Part shown: piece by piece, positions 14,051 to 24,984 of the stretch
Position numbering within the stretch: position 1 is the stretch's first letter
Layout: every line of letters begins with the position of its first letter
Origin: Eutreptiella sp. 'Long Island Sound 2002'
Lineage: Eukaryota > Protista > Euglenida
Assembly (NCBI GenBank): GCA_964036045.1
Contig: OZ038378.1
Coordinates: 18,290,001-18,354,000 of the forward strand
Direction: 5' to 3'
DNA length: 64,000 bases
Translations under genes and position numbers: made by a program
Notes under the pieces: model-generated
What the model saw: only the letters and a program-made list of their open reading frames with translations
Database searches by the model: none
Told to the model about the DNA's origin: nothing

Positions 14051-15046
14051 GGCTGAGTTGCTTTTATCAGTCCAAACATGAGGTGGGACATGGTCCCATG
14101 GCCCATGAGGTGGGTGGCGGACCTGACTCTGAATGCAAAATTGCGTGAAATGCACCCTGCCTTCTCGGGGTCCCCATGGGGATAGATCAATATGGCTACA
14201 TCGCCCCTACCTTCTCGGGTTCCCCACCGTGGGGAGAAAAGAGGGATGGAAAATGGGTAAATATGGTTGAAAACGGGTAAAAATGGGTGACAATTCAAAA
14301 TATGCCACATCCAAAATGCATAAGAAGCTAAAAAAAAATCCGGGTATTGAACAAAAAACTTGTCAAAAGGGGTATTCCCCATATCTTCAACCGGAAAGGG
14401 GCCACACAACAAGCCTAGATTACGGCTCCGTGTCAAAAGTGGCCCAAAAAGATGCCCGGCGCGCTGCCGCACCCCCTCACTCAAACCAAGTGCTCAGCCT
14501 CTCGCACGTGCCATGTCACTTGCCCTCTCCATAGAGGCCTCAATTCCCTTTTTTATTCGACATTCCCAGAAAAAAAAGACTACTTACGAGAATTTACAGT
14601 CGTTTTTCAAGTGCTTTGTGAACACGAAAAAACTCGGTCACCGCCCCTTGAAACCATGACTCCCTCAGTGGGGGGGTACCGCCTGCCTAGTGCCACGCAC
14701 GAATCATCGAGATCTGCCTGCCTGGTCTTCCTTCCGCAGCTGCGTCGCCCCGGCCGCCCCTGCCTCGATTTCTTCCATTTTGCGCCGCCCTCCATCAATG
14801 ATCACCACTTGCCCTCCAGAGTGCTCCTGAGAAGACGCTTGAGCTGCTTCTCTTCCCCTTCCCCTGGATGGCGTAGTCTTGGCTGCCATGGCATTTGGCA
14901 CGGACCGTGGCTGATTCCCCTCCTACACCTTGTGCCCCCCCGCGTAGTAGCGACACCGTGGGTACAGTGCGTGCAACTGCAGCGCACCGGTCGACGGGTT
15001 GCCCATCCCCCCGTCCTGAGGAAGGCACGCGGGCAACAGCACTCAC

Positions 15047-15224
15047 CTCCGCAAGGGTGTCGGTCATCTCCGTGGCTGGGAAAGTGGCTGAGGCCAGAAT
15101 GGTTTGCCGCTGCATTTTCGAAGGCATCATCTGGAGGGCACTGAGCACTTGCCTGCTCATGGAATTGGAGGCATCCAGCAGCAAATCCGCCTCATCGATC
15201 ACCAGCGTGCGCAGCTCGTTCAGC
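15047..15224 (-). CDS. DEAD-box RNA helicase, exon 4 (LVIDEADLLLD motif II; ASAT motif III)
   Basis: AG at 15226-15225, donor GAG|GTGAGT at 15046; CG from exon 3 + G gives Arg in frame. Confidence 0.95.
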
Positions 15225-17569
15225 CTGCACGAAGGGCGCCCTGGCGTTTGTGTACACGCGCTGTGCTACGGGACTCCCACCGGAGCAGGTCTGTACCTGA
15301 CCTTACTGCACTATCTTGGGGCCTGCAGCCCCTCCCCCCCCACCTGCCCCACAAACACAGGCTGTGCCGGTTGGTACGTCCGGGTGTACGCACTGGTCTG
15401 AGTTTTCAGGAGGAAATTGTTTGCATTGAAGCCACTGGGGGAAAAGCAGTGTTGGGAGGTGGGAGTGGGACGGTCGTCCCTCTGCTCACGAGCGCTGCTT
15501 CTTCCCCTTGGCGTCCCTCCCACGCGGCGGCCATGCTTCAGTAATTCCCATGAACGTTTGGTTTTTTTGGGGGGGGTGCACAAATGATGTGGGAAATGCA
15601 ACCCCCCCCTCCGGGAACAACCGAAAATGGCTGTTTAGCCCCTGCCGCATCGGGGGTCCTGTGAGCGCAGAGAAGTCAAACTTGTAAAAAAAATTCTTCC
15701 GGCGCCTGTGGCTCCAACCCTCAATGTAGGCTCAAGGCCTCGACCTCCCCGCACTATCTTGTGGGGGGCTGAGACCGGAGCCCGTGCATCTGTGCCTTGC
15801 CCTGGCCCACGCCAATTCGCATCTCCCCAGATCTCGCGAGGCATCCTCTGGTACAGCACGCACTCGGGGGACAGTGGCAAACGCGGCCTTTCTGTTTCAG
15901 CAGACGGCAACGGAGCCCCCTCCAAAATTGGGGTGTTTCATGATTGTTGTGCGCCAACGCACTCTTGGCGCGCGGTTCCCCCGGGGCTGAACTTCAAGCA
16001 AAACATCTGTGCCCTTCGGGTCTACAAAGTGCAGAACTCCCGCCTGCAGACGTTTGTCATCGCTGGCTACCACGATCGCCCACAGCCCATTGATCCCTCT
16101 GCTGCGCTGCACCCCCGCTCCCCTTGCAAGTGACCCAAGTCTCGTGTGCCAACAAAAATTTCTCGGCGCACATTTCTTGCGGAAGCAAGAAAAAGATCGC
16201 AAAATGCCCTCGTCAGAAGTGAAACCGGAGGCCCCATTGGGTCTGAAGGTGGGAGGGGGGGGGGGGTTCTGTCGTATGTCAACCCCAGCCCTGTGACATC
16301 ACACTTGAATGCAGCGTCCGGCAGTACACCTTCGCCGCCGCTTGCACTGCTGAGCCTGGACCACTGCCCTCGCGGAACTCCTGTGCTCTTCGTGCCATTT
16401 GCACAGCTGTGCCCCCTGCAGAGTCTGCACCTGGGGCCATGTGCCGCGGGGTGATCGGTGCCATTTTGATCAAACCCCAAAACCACAATCACAACCCCAA
16501 CCAAAAATCTCTGCCAAACCATGCATGGACGCGAATGAACGACTTACGTAATCAAACTGGACACAAAGGCAATACATGGAGGGGGGGGGGGGTGCTTACT
16601 GCGCACCGGAAGTGAACAGAAACCCATTGTGATGCAGTTTCCACCAATCTTTCTAAAATGCAATGTCAGGGATCAAAATAAACCAACTAGATGTTCTTTT
16701 CAACTTTGCATGTGGCAATATGGGCATCAGCCTTGGCAGTTCGAATCTTGAGGAGATCCAAATGTGCCCGCTGCCAATCCTTTGTCTTTGTCCTACTCTT
16801 TTCCTTCGGGCCTTTGCTCAAAGTCTCTGCGAGGGGTGCAATATTGTTGACGTAAAGTAGATGACACTTTTGTTGCCAGAGCTCGCCACTCTTCCGACTG
16901 TGGGTCTGAGTTCGCAAAATGTAGGGTCTCACCACCTTCGCCCACAAGCACAAACAACTCATACGCCCCCCCTTAGGCCCCACAATGAAGAGTCTCAATT
17001 CCAAGTGTTCCCATAAAAGCAATCTCCAAATGCAAACTTTTAACATTGATCAATATTGGTCGCATAGTAGTCCACATGAAGAACAAAAATCAGTGGCAAG
17101 GTGCCAGAAAAATCTACGCTCCTAAAATACTGGTAGGTTTCTTTTCCAACGCGCCACAGGGCGTCTTGTGGGGCATGCCGCAGGCGTAGCAGGGGAAGCA
17201 CCCAATGTGCTCCCCACCCCATCCCCCTCCCCTCGACCAGCACCGGGGGATGGTGGTGTATGAATTGCACCTGAATGACTTCCCATCAGCACAGTGCGAC
17301 GCACATGTGCATTCCGCGACAAACAGAACAAAGCCGCCGTCTAAGCGGACATACCACACTGGACCGCAAAGACAGAGTATTGCGCTACCGGGCACTTTTC
17401 TGTGGACAATGGGGTTCCTTGACCGTCCCAACACACCCTGATTTCCACAGCCCAGGTCCTGCCTGGTGGAGTGGTAGCACTGCGTAGGACCATGCAGTGG
17501 CTGTGTCACCCACACCTACATGCACACACAGACCACGCCTGCAGGCCTGGACGCATTGGACCTCAGATT

Positions 17570-17790
17570 CGAGCGAATTCCAACGAATTCAACGAACGAA
17601 TTCGAATTCGCGTTCCACGAGAGCCCGAATGCCGGCCCCAATTGGAATTGCGAATCGGCCGGGGCAGGTGGACTTTAAGTGTAGATGGAGGGCGAAATCA
17701 ATGGTCCCTGTCGATTGAGCCCCTTTCCCAGCTCCCCCCTGCCCCTTAGTCGGGGGCTCTATAGACGCCCCCCCCCCCCCCCCTCTACAA
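17570..17790. repeat. Dispersed repeat: GAATTC-rich patch plus a copy of the arm motif of the MITE at 38940-39333
   Basis: cctgtcgattgagcccc...gggggctctatagacgcccc (17707-17780) matches cctgtcaattgagcccc...gggggctctattgaacacccc (39247-39310). Confidence 0.6.
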
Positions 17791-17893
17791 TGAACCCTGA
17801 CTTCGCCATGATGATACGCACGGAGGTATGCACCCCATTCCGCACGGCCCCAGGCACCGCAGCCCCCGCTGACAGGCGTTTGCAACTTCATAC

Positions 17894-18054
17894 CGCTTCT
17901 TCAGCCCCGAGCGCTGGTCCCTCAAATGATAACGCAGGCTGTGAGGTGTGGCCACGAGAATGTCCCGGTGGTACGAATCCCTCCACAGCCGCGCGGCCCT
18001 GCGGAACTGAATCCGTTCTTGCTTCTTGTCCGTGCCCGCGTGCATCGTTTGGAT
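17894..18054 (-). CDS. DEAD-box RNA helicase, exon 3 (IQTMHAG...DILVATPHSL, motif Ib)
   Basis: AG at 18056-18055, donor CG|GTATGA at 17893; phases 0/2 consistent. Confidence 0.92.
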
Positions 18055-19036
18055 CTGCAACCGAAGACGACCGCAGCCCCACACAGACACCAGACCAGCA
18101 GTGCCACCGGGGGTTTGATCGGGGGACACATTGGGCCGTGACACGGGACCACAACAACAACCGTCAAAGTCGCATCCCCCATCCTTGTGCCTCTGACGCA
18201 CCATCATGTGAGCCACTTCCCATTTCCCTCAATTCTGCACACCTCCCAAATGCGTACATCCCCCGTTGGCTGTAGCCCCCCCCCCCCAAAAAAAAACAAA
18301 ACAAAAACCACAGTCCCTGCCAAGTCGGACTCCCCCCGCCAGGACACTTCTCCGAATCCGCGCTGCCAGCAATTGTGTACCGTCAGCAAAACTTGGACTC
18401 CCTCCAAACCCAAACTCCGTCTGAAATCCGGTTTGCCCCACCACCGCAGATGACATGAGATGCCGATCGAAATGATGTGAAGTCAAAAAACACACGGAAT
18501 CGAATGAAATGGCGTTCATGAGTAACGACAACAGCAACAGCCATCCGTTTTTCGACCAGTTTCGTGCTTCTCCTGTCGCAGTGCCTGGTCCACAATGCTC
18601 TGCTTGCCCACAACGCAATCCATGCCCTTCTCTTGTTGCTGACCTGGCCCCACATAAAACATCTACGAATCAACACATGGGCCGCCCGCCCAAACCATCC
18701 CCTCCTCAGTCCCTGACGCACCCGTTACACAAAACGTCAACCGCAATACATCGGCAGAGACGGAAGAGCATTGATTCCCTCTGAGCGGCTGTCACTGACC
18801 TACCGGCTGCTGTTGTCCATCATCCGCAGCCAACTAATCATCGATGGCGGTCGGTTGGTCCCCAAACACCGTCAACGGGCCGCCAACCAACTTCATTCAA
18901 CCGCCGCGCTTGAGGGCAGTCAAACAGCGCAAAGAAGCGAAGATTCTCTTTTTGTCCAGCGACCCTGTTCTCTAACACCGCGAACCCGAGACCAAGAGGC
19001 AGGGACCCGGGCTGGGGTTGTACGTGCGGAGGATAC

Positions 19037-19200
19037 CCGGACGTCACAATACGCCATCAGCTGGCGCGCCTGCTCGGCAATCTGCTCCACAAGCTCCGCC
19101 GTGGGCGCGATGATTATCGCCGAGATCTGCCGCCTGGTTGCTGGCTTCCGGTAAAACACTTCAGCAATGGGGACCAAGAAAGCCAGTGTCTTCCCGTGCC
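19037..19200 (-). CDS. DEAD-box RNA helicase, exon 2 (GHGKT Walker A; IIAPTAELVEQI motif Ia)
   Basis: Acceptor ttcttggtAG at 19202-19201; G from exon 1 + GG gives ARAG-HGKT; donor CGG|GTATCC at 19036. Confidence 0.93.
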
Positions 19201-20207
19201 CTACCAAGAATAAGAAGATATGGTGGCCGATGGCGGGAGTCACGAAGTGGAGGCCCAGTGATGGAAGATGGCGTCCCTCAACAGGTCAAGTCCACAAACA
19301 ACGCTGTGATTGGTTTGAAGTGTTTGTATCGCTTCAGTCCCATCACCCCCCATCCCCCAAAGGGGCAAAATGCCAGGCGCCAGCCTCTGGCACCCTTATG
19401 ATGCCAGAGGGTGGGGCAGTTCCAAACCGGGGACATTGTCACGGTGGCATCATGAGCGGGCTCCCCACCACTCGCAATTTTTTTAACCCGCCCCCGTTCA
19501 CCTCCAACCCCGTGGGGGACAACCAACCCACCTATCTACGTGTGGAGGATTCCCTTCTCAAAAGGTGGGGAGCTATTTATGACCATGCCCGTAATGCATG
19601 GTGTCTTTTATGCGATCAAGGGTGTTGAGCGGCTTGTCACCCGCAACATTTTCTTATTGCCGTGCTGTATGCAGACAACATGCCGAAAAGCAGATATGCA
19701 GTCGATTTCCGCTCTGACAGTGCATTTCACCAGTGTGCTCTTCACACACCCATTTGCATCGTTCCTCCTTCCACTCTTTTTTGAAGCCATGTGCCCCTGG
19801 GTGCAACCAGTAGCTCTTGGTAGGCTGTGTTAAACAGGGTAAGTCAACCAAACAGTCCACCTAATCATTCGCTTAGCTCACCTTAATTAGGCTTTAGCCC
19901 CCCCAGCCCCCCCCACCCTTTTTGAACATTCATATTCCAATTCCCAGGGGTTGCCATGAAGGCTGAGTGAGTATGCCAGTTGGTACTTCCGGGTGTACCC
20001 AGCTTACGTTCAGAACGGGGGGGGGAGTCCCATTTGTGTGCAACAATGACAACCTGTTCAGACAATGTCATGGACAGAGATGAGCAGACATGAGGGGGCC
20101 AACACACAATACTGGTCACCCAGGTGTGTGTGCCAAGGTATCAATTCCCGTCATGCTCAAACTGCGAGGTTCAACAGTCCTACATCCTACCACAACTGCA
20201 AACCATC

Positions 20208-20209
<2 letters not shown>

Positions 20210-20248
<39 letters not shown>

Positions 20249-20263
20249 CGCGTGTGTGTGTGT
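20210..20263. repeat. (GT)n(GC)n(GT)n alternating purine-pyrimidine tract
   Basis: Read directly from the sequence; Z-DNA-prone composition. Confidence 0.85.
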
Positions 20264-22284
20264 TGGAATGGGGGCTGGTTGGCTGAAGAGGGCGGGGCTA
20301 CCTAAAGCCTGGTTGGTCACCTAATGATCAGCCCAATGTGAGGAGGCCACACCGCAGGGTATCAGCTGCACTGGACTACGGCCACTCACTAGCTGCTGCC
20401 GGGGCGAAATGACACATCGTTCTATCCCAACCGCTTCTGGCCGCCATCAATGGTGGGCCTACCGAGTTGTGACTGCCAGAACTTGGTCCCCAGCTGCTTT
20501 CCCAACCGCCAGTGACCGCTTTGCATGCTTTGGAAACCCCTCTTCAGGTTCCCTCTCCCTTAAGCGCATCCCAAGGGGGACGCTTGGCTCGTCCCTCAGC
20601 AAAGGAGGAAGAGGAGGAGGAGCTGCTGCTGCAACCCAAGTTGTACCGGCCACCAAGCCTGTAACGTTTGCAAGGCCCGCTCCTCATGCGGGCCCAAGTG
20701 ATCCTATGGGGATTGAACAAATAGGGATGGAACTGGTGGTTTCGCCACATGTGTGCGTGCCATGCCTCGTTTATGGGGGGTTGGGTTGGGTTAGGTCTCG
20801 GCTCGCGCCAAAGGCGGTGCCCCATGGCAAGTGTGACCTTACCACACCGGCTTGACACGGTTACACCGTGGTTGTCCTTTCTCACAGCTGCCACACTACC
20901 AACGATCCCCGAACCTCACCAAGGCACCAGTGCGAGGGAGATATCCCGGTGTCTGTGTGCATGTCGCACGCACCCAAGGGGTTGTAGGGGGTTCAGGGCA
21001 CAGGGCACAACAACGCACCTTTCATCTCCATCGGGTAGCGGTCCTCCTGTTGGCGGGGGGGGGGGGGGTGCCCGGTGCTTCAAGCCCAGCATCAGGGCAC
21101 GGGAGCGCGACACTACGGATTTTGGGTGGGTATGTGGGTCGGGTGACCTACGGCTTCCTGTAGCCCATGACTAAACCCAAACCGCAGAGAGCTGCATGGG
21201 GCATATGGTCTGAGGTGCTCCTTGACTTACCCAGAGTTCCACTGTGGATGGAAGGTCCTGGGGCGTGCTAAGCACTTCCCTGCCCCAAGAGCACTCGAGG
21301 GACAGGAGCTCCCGGTGAGCCCGATGCGCCTTCTTCAGCTCAAATGAGTTGGGGCCCCAAGGGCTACGCCACTCGCCGACCCTTCCTCTTGTTTAATGGG
21401 GGGGGGGGGGTTCCGAGCCTCCAAACACCCACCCACCCAATACAAATCTTGGCCCAAATTTGGCTCACGAAAAATCACATTTGAATAAGCGGCCCACCAC
21501 GAGACCCACCCAAGGCTCCCTCCCTCCAACTTAATTCCTTGTAATCGAGGCTTGGTGTGCACATGGTGGCTAGATGATCCGCACAAGGAGATACTTCACG
21601 GTGGCATGGACTGCAACAAGAAGAGGTCCGCATGGTGTCAAGCAATGCTCTAATGCTTCCAACACACCATCACAAAAAAAAAGAATGCACTTCATGAGGC
21701 ATCCGTTTTGGGTACCTCCCAATGGAGGATATTTCCCACAGCTAAGCATAAATAAAGTCGTTGTGCATTGCAAGAAGCCCAGCTCCCCGATTGCTCCCAC
21801 CTGCGGACCCCTACATCAACATGGTCTCACCCAAATCCTTATTTCACCTCTCCAAATAGTGCGTTTGTTGGACCCTCCACATGTTTGTGTCATTGCAGTC
21901 TCATCAAGATATCATTTGTGTGTTCTCATATTCCGGTCAGTGGCAGCAGGCAACCGCCGAGGCCTTGGGGGCATTCAACAATTGCTCCAGCCCAAGGATT
22001 GGCCCTTTGCGAGGATACTTGCTCTGATGCAAACAAGACATAAATATGGGTGATGGTGTTGATAGTGGATGTGTGTGGTGCCGAAGTGGGGGTTGTCGTA
22101 ACGCAACCACCTCCCGAATCGACAAAGAAATGCCAACAAATTGGCGGAACAAATCAGTGGACCCATTTTTCACCAAAGCAGCTTCCCACTAACCTCGGTT
22201 GTAGGCCCCAAACACACCTTCCTTTTGGTTGTCGTTTCATTACAATCAATCAATTTTCAAAAAAAAATTCACCCCGCAGTTTGT

Positions 22285-22378
22285 AGATGGTCCTTGAGCA
22301 ATGGTGTGTGACACACAGCTTGTACCCCTGTCTGTATATGGTCCTTGAGCAATGGTATGTGACACACAGCTGGTACCT
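22285..22378. repeat. Short tandem duplication (about 52-bp unit, two copies)
   Basis: atggtccttgagcaatggt(g/a)tgtgacacacagct(t/g)gtacc occurs twice in tandem. Confidence 0.8.
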
Positions 22379-23136
22379 TGGGGGTCTATGTGCTAATCTT
22401 GCATTTGAAAGTTGCTGGTTCAAATCCTATTGATTGCAGTTTTATCCCCTGCCTTAGACTAGTCAACTTGATGGAGAACTGTTTTTGCATGCACAAACAA
22501 AGCCCACCACAAGAAGACAAATGCACACAGAACTACCATCAAAACATTGGTGGAATTCAACATTGTGACTTGCAAGCACCGCAAATCACAGCAAACTAAC
22601 GTCAAAATAGGTGCATTCTAGACTATTGCAAACCTTTGGCTACAGGTACGCATTTCATAAAGTCCGGTCTTCCGGTCTGACCGGTCTTCCCGTTTCGCGC
22701 AGATTATTCTAGCAAAACTTCTACTTTACGCCGGTTTACGCAGTTTATGCAGTTTATGCAGACCGAACAGTTTATGCAGTTCGTGCGGGAACACGGAAGA
22801 CCGGTCTTGTCCGGTCTGCCCGGTCTGGTCTGGTCTCTGTACGAACTGCATAAAACCCTGTACGAACTGCATAAAACCCCTTAAACCGAGCGGTCCGATC
22901 AGTTTGCGCAGTTCATTTCACTTCATAGTGTATGTGCGTTTGTGTGTGTGTGTGTGTGTGGTGTACGTGTGTTTGTGTGTTTGCACGTGTGTGTTTGTTT
23001 GTGCCACATACCAATGCCTTCCATCCCCAGCCAGAGCCGTCGAGGGGTGGCCGCATTCGGGGTCGTTAGCTCTATTATACGGCGGGAGCTTCGCAATGGG
23101 GCACTTCCCCCCATGCCATATGACCGCCCTTCAGCC

Positions 23137-24489
23137 CTACTGATGGTACTTCGCAAAGCAATCAACGTGCAACGAAACGCCACAAGCTTGGCATTTGTAC
23201 ATCGATGTGCCGCCCCGACAGCACACGCATGTACCTCGCTTGGCACGGATAGGGAGGTGCTTTGCCTGCACCTCAATTGTTCGGGCTGGAAAGATGTACC
23301 GCATGAGACGCCACTGCCAATTGTGCATGGTTTCCCCCGGGGCACAAAGTTTCAACGCTTTGCACGAGGTAAAAGCGTTGGTGGATGCCATGCGGAGCAA
23401 CATGCCGTTCAAGGCCTTCCACCAGTTTGGAAACCGCCGCTCCTCCCGATGCTGCAAGCACAGCTGGTTGCACACATCGACCCCGGGTGCAAATGTGCGG
23501 TAGTTGGCCACAATGCCGGGTAGGCGATACCCACGTTTCCGCCATACATGGGGGCCATGGTGGCAGTTGGTGACCAAGGGCACGGCACGTGCGGCCTTCT
23601 TGCCCACCTTTGGGCTTTTGAAAATGCTCAAGGCATACTCATCCTCCTTGTGAACCACTGTGTTCACCTTCCCAGGGTGCAGCCCCTTGCCCCCCTGCTC
23701 AACGAGATCTGCTGATTTGGGGATCAACATCAAGAAGGGTCGAGACTGTGCCGCTAGAGACCTAGCTGTACCATGGGAACCAAAGTAGGTGTCCGCCACC
23801 AACACCCGGTTGCTGGGTGCCACATCATGCCAGAGCTGCACAATCTCCACGGGGGTGTAATGGCCAGCATAGGTGGTTGGAGGTGGGGGGTTGTCACGAG
23901 GCATCGCACCACGATACAAATAAACATGCCAAATGTACCGGTCCTGAGCATAACACAGCAGATACAATTTTACCCCCGTGGTATGGGGTTTCCGAGGGAT
24001 AAATTGTCTAAATAGGAATAGGCCCTTGTGTGGGACGATAGATTCATCGCCACACACAATGTCACCTAATACCCACCCATTCTGCCATTGTTCGGTGCAC
24101 AGCTCAATCAGGGCATCCACATCCGGATCCGCGAAGCGCTGCAACTTGTAGAACGCCCCACGGTCCGGGAAGAGGTACTCCATGTAGGGGTTGTAGTACA
24201 TGCTATCCCTATCCCATAGGTCATCAATGCGGCGGGGTTGTAGCATTCCGAGACCTAGTTGGAAAAGGATGTAGCGGGGAAGCAAGGGGACCAAGTCGGC
24301 ATGCCCCTTGGCGCGGAGACAAATGTCCATGCACTCCATGATGGGCCGCATCATGTACTCATACACCGTGACCGCTGTGTCCGCGGCGCATGTACCCTCC
24401 AATAGGCTTGTGCCTCGTGCAACACCTTTGGTGAAGTCATACAAAGCCTCATCAGGATCCAAGGGACGCGGTTCCCAATCCGATTGCAT
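23137..24489 (-). CDS. piggyBac transposase (DDD triad plus C-terminal Cys-rich domain), 450 aa
   Basis: Motifs CGDESIVPHKG, LVADTYF, PGVDVCNQL and C-terminal CVCC...CQACGVSLHVDCFAKYH. The ATG at 24489 lies about 10 nt after a polypyrimidine-AG acceptor (24501-24500). Confidence 0.93.
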   Translation of the reverse strand: MQSDWEPRPLDPDEALYDFTKGVARGTSLLEGTCAADTAVTVYEYMMRPIMECMDICLRAKGHADLVPLLPRYILFQLGLGMLQPRRIDDLWDRDSMYYNPYMEYLFPDRGAFYKLQRFADPDVDALIELCTEQWQNGWVLGDIVCGDESIVPHKGLFLFRQFIPRKPHTTGVKLYLLCYAQDRYIWHVYLYRGAMPRDNPPPPTTYAGHYTPVEIVQLWHDVAPSNRVLVADTYFGSHGTARSLAAQSRPFLMLIPKSADLVEQGGKGLHPGKVNTVVHKEDEYALSIFKSPKVGKKAARAVPLVTNCHHGPHVWRKRGYRLPGIVANYRTFAPGVDVCNQLCLQHREERRFPNWWKALNGMLLRMASTNAFTSCKALKLCAPGETMHNWQWRLMRYIFPARTIEVQAKHLPIRAKRGTCVCCRGGTSMYKCQACGVSLHVDCFAKYHQ

Positions 24490-24984
24490 AGTGATTTGAC
24501 TGCAGAAGAGGGAAAAGGAACTTTGCTGCTCAAACTGCACAAACTGCACGAACTTGCCGGACCGCCCGGTTCGTTTCAGTTTAAGATAAGACCGGTACAG
24601 ACCGGTCCGGACCGGTCCTTGGACAAACTGCATCAACTCAACTAAGCTGTCCGGTCCGAGCAGTTTACGCAGTTTATGCTGTTTGTTGATTTCCCCTATT
24701 TTTTACCTTTTTTCGCGTTATTGTCCCCCCATTGGCTACTTTCTATTTTTATTTCTATTTCTATTTCTATTTCTATTTCTTTGGGACGGGGGGGGGGGAT
24801 GGAGGGGGGGGGTGGCCTCTTCCTCACAGGACTGAGAAGGTCACATGCACTGGGCATTGTTGCAATTCGTCGAACAAACAACGTGACACACGGTCCCAAT
24901 GTTTGAAGAAAGTGTTGGAGAAGCGAACATCACCAACGGCATGGCTCACCACGGCAACACCATGGTAAAGCGGTCCGGGGTGCT

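Noticed and set aside
22415-22435. B-box GGTTCAAATCC as a tRNA gene
   Set aside because: No A box or cloverleaf upstream.
24696-24899. MGPCV...EIEIEI ORF as a 5' coding exon of the piggyBac transposase
   Set aside because: The donor at 24706 is phase 1 but the acceptor at 24500 needs phase 2; it would fit only with a 1-nt error in an A-run.
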